DNA of 64,000 nt from Nautiliaceae bacterium (lineage in GTDB: Bacteria > Campylobacterota > Campylobacteria > Campylobacterales > Nautiliaceae). Positions 58,340 to 64,000 of this stretch are shown here, one piece after another. Position numbers and translations under genes: made by a program. The notes below the pieces were generated by a model. That model made no database searches. It saw only the letters and a program-made list of their open reading frames with translations, and was not told the origin of the DNA. The stretch's first letter is position 1; every line of letters starts with the position of its first letter. Location of the stretch: the NCBI GenBank assembly GCA_039831155.1, contig JBDONT010000011.1, forward strand, positions 1 through 64,000, in the 5' to 3' direction.

Positions 58340-58393
58340 TGTCAGTTTTTTTTTGTTTATTTTCTGACATCTTAACTGATAGTTAAGATATAT
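58340..58393. terminator. Inverted repeats after the tRNA operon (possible bidirectional terminator)
   Basis: TGTCAG...CTGACA and ATCTTAACT-GAT-AGTTAAGAT between convergent units. Confidence 0.4.
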
Positions 58394-58842
58394 TTATTGT
58401 ATAATAACATCGTTTAAAAACGATGATTCTTTCATTCCAAGTATTTTATTTCTGATAATTTTAATTTCTTTTAAATCAGCACTTTTGCCATGAACACTCT
58501 CATTTATTTTGAAAATCTTTAATACAATTAGGAAGTATTTGCAATGTGAAAAAAGTAAAATTTTTATTGTTAAATTTATCAAAAATTGCAGATTTTATTT
58601 TTGGAGTTTTAAGAAGTTTTTTCATTGTGCTTAAATTCGGTTTGTGGATAAAAAAATCTTTCATTTTAAAATCTACTCCCTGAACGGAATAAGAAATATC
58701 ACTTGTTTCCTTACACTTTCTTTTAAATTTATTAAAGTGGCGAATTAATTGTTTTAATTCTGTTTCTGTGAAGTTTGTATTGTATCTTATATCGGTACAA
58801 ACTTGAAATTCTCCAACCTCTTTACAATATAATGCCCCCCAT
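58394..58842 (-). pseudogene. Frameshifted hypothetical gene
   Basis: AAAAGG RBS + ATG at 58842 in a G6 run, one base out of frame with a 113-codon open frame (58841-58500); an overlapping frame continues to 58394. Confidence 0.5.
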
Positions 58843-58912
58843 TTTTAGCCTTTTTTTTAATTGTAACTTGATAAATGTTATATCGTGGCGGGTTTAGAAA
58901 GAGAAAAGATTT

Positions 58913-59512
58913 TTAAAATAGTTCAAGATATTTTCTTTTTTTTATTCTTGCACCTGGATGGTAAGCTTTTATAAAGGTTACATTTGGAAAAAGTTCGCTT
59001 TTATATATGTTTTTTTCTTTATTTTTAAGTTTTAAAATATCTTTAACAAAATAAAATGTTCCACCCAATACAACAATTTTAGGCTTTAACAACTCCAATT
59101 CTTTAATAATAAATTCTTCATACCCCTCAACGAAATTACGCATTGTTTTATTACTGACTTTTGATTTAGCTTTAATCTTTTTTAAATTTAAAACTGCAAT
59201 ATTTAATAAACTTTTTTTTCTTTGTTTTTCCGCTTCACTAAAAGTTATATTTGGATTTAAAAGTTTTGCCGTAGCTCTTCCGACATTATGCCAAGTTATG
59301 CCTTTCCATAAACCTGATTTTTTATTATTTTCTTCAACAACTCTTTTAATCAACTCATTAATTGGCTTACTATAATCATTTGTGTCTTTTAAAATCCAAA
59401 CAACATCTTGATATTTATCCTTATCCACAATTCCATCTTTTACAAAAGTTGCATTTATTCCTTTTTCATTGTAAGTTTTTTCCCATGCTTTGAATAATTT
59501 TTCTAAATTCAT
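58913..59512 (-). CDS. Uracil-DNA glycosylase-superfamily-like protein
   Basis: DGIVD..WILKDTN, AVLNLKK, ELELLKPKIVVLGG, C-terminal YHPGAR (UDG motif-2-like). Confidence 0.6.
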   Translation of the reverse strand: MNLEKLFKAWEKTYNEKGINATFVKDGIVDKDKYQDVVWILKDTNDYSKPINELIKRVVEENNKKSGLWKGITWHNVGRATAKLLNPNITFSEAEKQRKKSLLNIAVLNLKKIKAKSKVSNKTMRNFVEGYEEFIIKELELLKPKIVVLGGTFYFVKDILKLKNKEKNIYKSELFPNVTFIKAYHPGARIKKRKYLELF

Positions 59513-59524
59513 TGTTTTCTCCTT

Positions 59525-60079
59525 TCAAATCTCGATAATAATTATATAACAATTCATTTTTTTATAACAACTATTTACAATTATGCTTTTATTTACCTTA
59601 TCTTTTAATTTCATCGGATTGTGAATATGTCCACATAAAACAAATTCCGGGTTAAAATCGTTTTCAAGCAAAGCCCTTAAATATTCATCTCCGAAATCCC
59701 TGAACTTTCTATCCGTTGAAGTAAAAGTTTTGTTTGGTGGGACGTGATAGACTAAAATGTCACAGTCATAATCAAACTCATCACTCATATAAGGCTTTGA
59801 ATCTATTTTTAATCCGTTGATTTCAAGCTTTTTATGGACGAATATATTATCACCTTCCAAATCATACAGCCAGTTACCCTTATCAATTGCTACATCGTGA
59901 TTACCGGAGGATATAATTACGGGTACTTTAAAATTTTTCAGCCAATCTTTGATTATTTTAATATCATCTTCTCTTTCAATCAAATCACCGCTTATTGCTA
60001 CAAGCTCATTATCATATTTTAAAGATTCTTTCATTATCTTAGTATTCCCGTGAATATCGGTGATGTGTAAAATTTTCAT
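59525..60079 (-). CDS. Calcineurin-like metallophosphoesterase
   Basis: TDIHG, SGDL, GNHD, YHVPP, CGHIH. Confidence 0.9.
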   Translation of the reverse strand: MKILHITDIHGNTKIMKESLKYDNELVAISGDLIEREDDIKIIKDWLKNFKVPVIISSGNHDVAIDKGNWLYDLEGDNIFVHKKLEINGLKIDSKPYMSDEFDYDCDILVYHVPPNKTFTSTDRKFRDFGDEYLRALLENDFNPEFVLCGHIHNPMKLKDKVNKSIIVNSCYKKMNCYIIIIEI

Positions 60080-60124
60080 TTTATTTCTTCATTTAACAAC
60101 TTTGATTTGAGGTAGACAACTTCT

Positions 60125-63100
60125 CTAAAGAGAAGTTCTTATATTTGTCGTAACTCTTAAAGCAAATCCAAAAGGAGTGTTTAAAATTAAAATAGCTCTT
60201 TTATTTCCAGGATTTTTCTTAAGTTCGTTATAAATATTTAAAAGTTCTTCTTCGAAATTTTCTCCTATGTTTCTTTGAATAATACTAACTTCTTCTTTTA
60301 TAGCTCCTTTTTCGTCTTTTGCTTCTTCGAGGGTCATAACTTTTCTGCACGTAACCCTTAAAAACTCTCCCACTTTTTCTACTTGTGCTTTTATCGCTAT
60401 AGGTTCGTCAAGGTTAAATTCGTTTAATTTTTCCAGGTCTCTTTCAAATATCATAATATCTATTTTCCCGTGAAAGTCCATAAGAGTAGCTATGGCGAAT
60501 TTATTTCCTTTTTTGGAGATTTTTACTTTCATACTGTCTATTTTTCCGACAAACAAAGCTTCTTGAGAGATAATTTCTTCTACATCGCTTGAGAGGTTGT
60601 ATTTTAGCTGTTGAATTTTTTCTTTGTATGGGTCTAGAGGGTGGGCTGAAACGTAAAATCCTAAGGTTTGGTATTCGTATTCAAGTAAAGTTTTTATATC
60701 AAACTCTACACTGTTTGGGATGTTTAAGTGTTCGTCTATTTCTTCTTCAGCCATATCGGCAAATAGAGAGTGTTCGTGGTTTATTGCGTTTTTTTTCTCT
60801 TCTACGCGTTTTTTAAATTCAAGTATCTCTTCCACGTTATTTAACATAGCTTTTCTTGAGAGTCCGAAATCATCCATTGCACCGGATTTTATGAGTTGTT
60901 CTAGGACTTTTTTGTTTACTTTGCTCGTATCGACTTTTAATATAAAATCTTCCAAACTTTCATAAGGTCTGTTGGCAACTATACTCTCAATCGCTCTTGC
61001 ACCAACCCCTTTAATGGCACTAAGTCCAAAAAGAATTTTATTTTCAATCGGTGTGAATTCTGCATTTGATTTATTTACGTTTGGTGGCAGTACTTCAATT
61101 CCTAAGACTTTTGCCTCTTCTATGTATTTTGCGATTTTATCGGTGTTTTCCGCTTCGTATGTTAGAAGGGCACTTAAAAACTCCGTCGGGTAGTAGGTTT
61201 TTAGATATGCCGTTTGGTATGTAATCATTGCGTATGCGGCGGAGTGGGATTTGTTAAATCCGTATCCGGCGAACTTTTCTATAAGTTCAAATAGGCTTTT
61301 GGCGTTTTCGTATGAAAACCCTCTTTCTTTTGCACGGGTTGCGAACTCTTCTGCGTATTTTTTCATAAGATCGACTTTTTTCTTACCCATAGCCCTACGG
61401 ATAATATCCGCTTCTCCTAAGCTAAAGCCACCTATTGCCTGAACTATTTGCATAACCTGCTCTTGATAAACAATCACTCCGTAAGTCGGTTCTAAGATAG
61501 GTTTTAACACTTCTTCAAATTCATCAAAAAAGTAGCTTATAGGCTTTCTTCCGTGTTTTCTTTCGATGTAATCATCAAGCATTCCAGCATCCATAGGTCC
61601 CGGGCGATATAGGGCAAGCATAGCGATGATATCTTCAAAAGTAGTAGGTCTTAGGCGTTTTGCCAAATCCTGCATACCGTCGGATTCTATTTGAAATAGC
61701 CCTAGAGTATGTCCTGATTGAATAAGCTCAAATACTTTAGGGTCGTCAAGAGAGAGTAGGTCTATGTTTATTTCTTTGTTTTTGTTTGTTTTTATGTTTT
61801 TTACGGCTCTGTCTATTACGGTTAAGGTTTTTAATCCTAAGAAGTCGAATTTAATTAAATCCACCGGTTCTAAGTAGTTTAGAGAGTATTGTGTTACTAT
61901 TGTGTCGTCTTTTTCATCTTGCTTGTAAAGAGGGGATTTTTTCCAAAGCTCTTCATCGCTTATGACAACTCCGGCTGCGTGCATTCCGGTGTTTCTTTTA
62001 AGTCCTTCTAGATGTTCCCCGAATGAATAGAGTCTGCTATAAAGAGGGTCTTTTTCTATAATTTCATTTATTTTGGGTTCTAGTTCTTTTGCTTTTTCAA
62101 GGGTTATGCCTAGTTGGTCTGGGATTAGTTTTACAAATTTATCGGCTTCGCTGTAATCTATTCCGAAAATTCTGGCGACGTCTCTAAGTACACCTTTTGC
62201 AAGCAAAGAACCGAACGTAATAACTTGGGCTACGTTTACTTTTCCGTATTTTTCGCGAACGTATTCTATAATCTCGCCCCGTCTTTCCTGACAAAAATCC
62301 ATATCTATATCGGGCATACTTACCCTCTCCGGATTTAAGAACCTTTCAAATAAAAGCCCGTATTTTAGAGGGTCTATGTTCGTTATTTGTAGTGAATAAG
62401 CAACAAGTGCCCCGGCTGCACTACCACGCCCGGGACCTACCGGGATTTTACGTTTTTTGGCTTCTCTTACAAAATCCCAAACAATCAGCATATATCCCGG
62501 AAATTTCATTCTTTTTATGATATCTATTTCATAGTCCAGTCTTTTTCTGTACTCTTCGTGCAGTTCTTCTGGTATGTATTTTAATCTCTCTTCAAGACCT
62601 TCTTTACATTTGTATTCGAAATACTCTACGTCGTTATCGATATCAAGTCCCTCTTTTTGGGCGTACTCTTTTGTAAACTTAAAAGTAGGGGGAGTAGGGT
62701 TTCCAAGAGGTATTTCAAGGTTTATGGATTCAGCCAGTTTATCTGTATTTTCTATAGCTTGTGGGAGGTCTTTGAATATTTCTTCAAACTCTTCTTTGCT
62801 TTTAAAGTAGTTTTCTTTAACTACCGGTTTTCTGTGAAGGTCGTCAAAGAGTTTATTGTTTTCTATACATTCAAGAGCGTCTTTGTAGATGTAGTCTAGT
62901 TTGTTTAGAAAAAATATATTGGAAGAAGCAAGTAAAGGGGTATTTGTTTCTTTTGAGAGGGTTATTAAATCGTTTTGGATTAATTTTTCGTCTTCTGCGT
63001 CTCTTGTTATTTCAAGATAAATTTCGTTTAGATTTTCTTTGTAGATTTTTAGAATTTCTTTTGCTTTTTCATAACCTTCGGCACCTTTTAGGATGTTTTC

Positions 63101-63520
63101 TTCTTTAAAGATATTCAAATGAAATCCGGCTTCACTATCAAGCATAGGAAGTATAAAGCAAAGTCCTTCTTTGTTTTTTATAATCTCTTCAAAAGGTAAG
63201 TAGGGCTTTTCTCCTCTCATATTGTAAAGGTAGGATATGGAACTTAGATACATTAAATTATCGTATCCGGTTTTGTTTTTGGCGATAATAATCAGTCTGT
63301 GGATGTTACCGTCTCTTATAATGCTTACTTCGCTTCCTATTATAGGTTTTATATCGTTTGCACGGCAGCTTTCATAAAATTCAATCGCACTGAACATATT
63401 GTCAAGTTCTGTTATTGCAAGTGCGTTAAATCCGTACTCTTTTGCTTTTTTGGTGAGGTCTTTTATTTTTATGGTTGAATGTAAGAGTGAATAGTCGCTA
63501 TGAATATGAAACGGTACCAA
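60125..63520 (-). CDS. dnaE: DNA polymerase III alpha subunit
   Basis: HIHSDYSLL PHP domain, GPGRGSAAG, FERFLNPERVSMPDIDMDF, GFNKSHSAAY. Confidence 0.98.
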   Translation of the reverse strand: MVPFHIHSDYSLLHSTIKIKDLTKKAKEYGFNALAITELDNMFSAIEFYESCRANDIKPIIGSEVSIIRDGNIHRLIIIAKNKTGYDNLMYLSSISYLYNMRGEKPYLPFEEIIKNKEGLCFILPMLDSEAGFHLNIFKEENILKGAEGYEKAKEILKIYKENLNEIYLEITRDAEDEKLIQNDLITLSKETNTPLLASSNIFFLNKLDYIYKDALECIENNKLFDDLHRKPVVKENYFKSKEEFEEIFKDLPQAIENTDKLAESINLEIPLGNPTPPTFKFTKEYAQKEGLDIDNDVEYFEYKCKEGLEERLKYIPEELHEEYRKRLDYEIDIIKRMKFPGYMLIVWDFVREAKKRKIPVGPGRGSAAGALVAYSLQITNIDPLKYGLLFERFLNPERVSMPDIDMDFCQERRGEIIEYVREKYGKVNVAQVITFGSLLAKGVLRDVARIFGIDYSEADKFVKLIPDQLGITLEKAKELEPKINEIIEKDPLYSRLYSFGEHLEGLKRNTGMHAAGVVISDEELWKKSPLYKQDEKDDTIVTQYSLNYLEPVDLIKFDFLGLKTLTVIDRAVKNIKTNKNKEINIDLLSLDDPKVFELIQSGHTLGLFQIESDGMQDLAKRLRPTTFEDIIAMLALYRPGPMDAGMLDDYIERKHGRKPISYFFDEFEEVLKPILEPTYGVIVYQEQVMQIVQAIGGFSLGEADIIRRAMGKKKVDLMKKYAEEFATRAKERGFSYENAKSLFELIEKFAGYGFNKSHSAAYAMITYQTAYLKTYYPTEFLSALLTYEAENTDKIAKYIEEAKVLGIEVLPPNVNKSNAEFTPIENKILFGLSAIKGVGARAIESIVANRPYESLEDFILKVDTSKVNKKVLEQLIKSGAMDDFGLSRKAMLNNVEEILEFKKRVEEKKNAINHEHSLFADMAEEEIDEHLNIPNSVEFDIKTLLEYEYQTLGFYVSAHPLDPYKEKIQQLKYNLSSDVEEIISQEALFVGKIDSMKVKISKKGNKFAIATLMDFHGKIDIMIFERDLEKLNEFNLDEPIAIKAQVEKVGEFLRVTCRKVMTLEEAKDEKGAIKEEVSIIQRNIGENFEEELLNIYNELKKNPGNKRAILILNTPFGFALRVTTNIRTSL

Positions 63521-63648
63521 TGTAAGCCTTTTTGTGAAATTTTATCAAAAGTTACAATATAAAAATATATCTTAAAGTTTAAACCAAGGGAAAATTAAAA
63601 TTAAAAATTAAATAAAATAAAGTATAATTTCACTAAAAAAGGCATTGT

Positions 63649-64000
63649 ATGCAAGATAAAATTAGAAACTTTTCCATTATCGCCCATATAGACCACGGTA
63701 AATCTACATTGGCTGATAGACTTATAGAGTTTACGGGTGGAATAAGTGAGAGGGAAAAAGAAGACCAGCTTTTAGATTCTATGGATATAGAAAAAGAAAG
63801 AGGTATTACTATTAAAGCCCAAAGTGTAAGACTTGAATATAAAGACCATATTTTAAATTTAATCGATACCCCGGGACATGTTGACTTTTCTTATGAAGTT
63901 AGCAAATCTTTAAAAAGTAGTGAGGGGGCTTTGCTTGTAGTCGATGCAACGCAAGGAGTTGAAGCTCAAACACTTGCGAATGTTTATATGGCAGTTGAGA
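63649..64000 (+). CDS. lepA: Elongation factor 4 (partial, runs off window)
   Basis: [51 protein letters not shown]. Confidence 0.96.
   Translation, partial: MQDKIRNFSIIAHIDHGKSTLADRLIEFTGGISEREKEDQLLDSMDIEKERGITIKAQSVRLEYKDHILNLIDTPGHVDFSYEVSKSLKSSEGALLVVDATQGVEAQTLANVYMAVE

Noticed and set aside
58288-60124. attL/attR duplication of the tRNA-Asp 3' end bounding the islet
   Set aside because: No convincing direct repeat found by eye; only a short inverted CCGCCA-like match near 58886, and no integrase.

Overview
AT-rich, gene-dense chromosomal window from a Campylobacterota (epsilonproteobacterial) bacterium, most consistent with a hydrothermal-vent Nautiliaceae-type organism. This is inferred from the mqnF/aroQ-folK-flhF-flhG-flgV-fliA-fliM-fliY synteny, the sigma54 flagellar promoters and the Ech hydrogenase. 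Most of the window is housekeeping: rplM-rpsI, flgL, ftsK, a flagellar cluster, thrS-infC, thrC, yedF-selD, pgi, flgFG, rpoD, nadE, lpxK, a Xer-type recombinase, coaX, hisG, nth, yebC, fba, echABCDEF, a tRNA Lys-Glu-Val-Asp operon, dnaE and the start of lepA. The standout is a two-gene module at 46359-50445 placed by overlapping codons between fba and a PLP-enzyme gene. It encodes an 897-aa SF2 helicase with a C-terminal PD-(D/E)xK nuclease and a 466-aa protein with Argonaute MID/PIWI-like motifs, and looks like an unusually compact DdmDE-type (helicase-nuclease plus prokaryotic Argonaute) defence system. Other signals missed by the ORF track: selD is a selenoprotein (in-frame UGA plus SECIS-like hairpin); the yedF-selD leader is structured and carries a small uORF with an in-frame UGA; the Rpn-family nuclease gene has an internal RBS+ATG (possible gene-within-gene antitoxin); an AEC transporter is frameshifted; there are unlisted small ORFs; and a tRNA-adjacent accessory islet holds a UDG-superfamily protein and a G-tract-frameshifted gene. 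All assignments are from motif recognition by eye; no searches were run.
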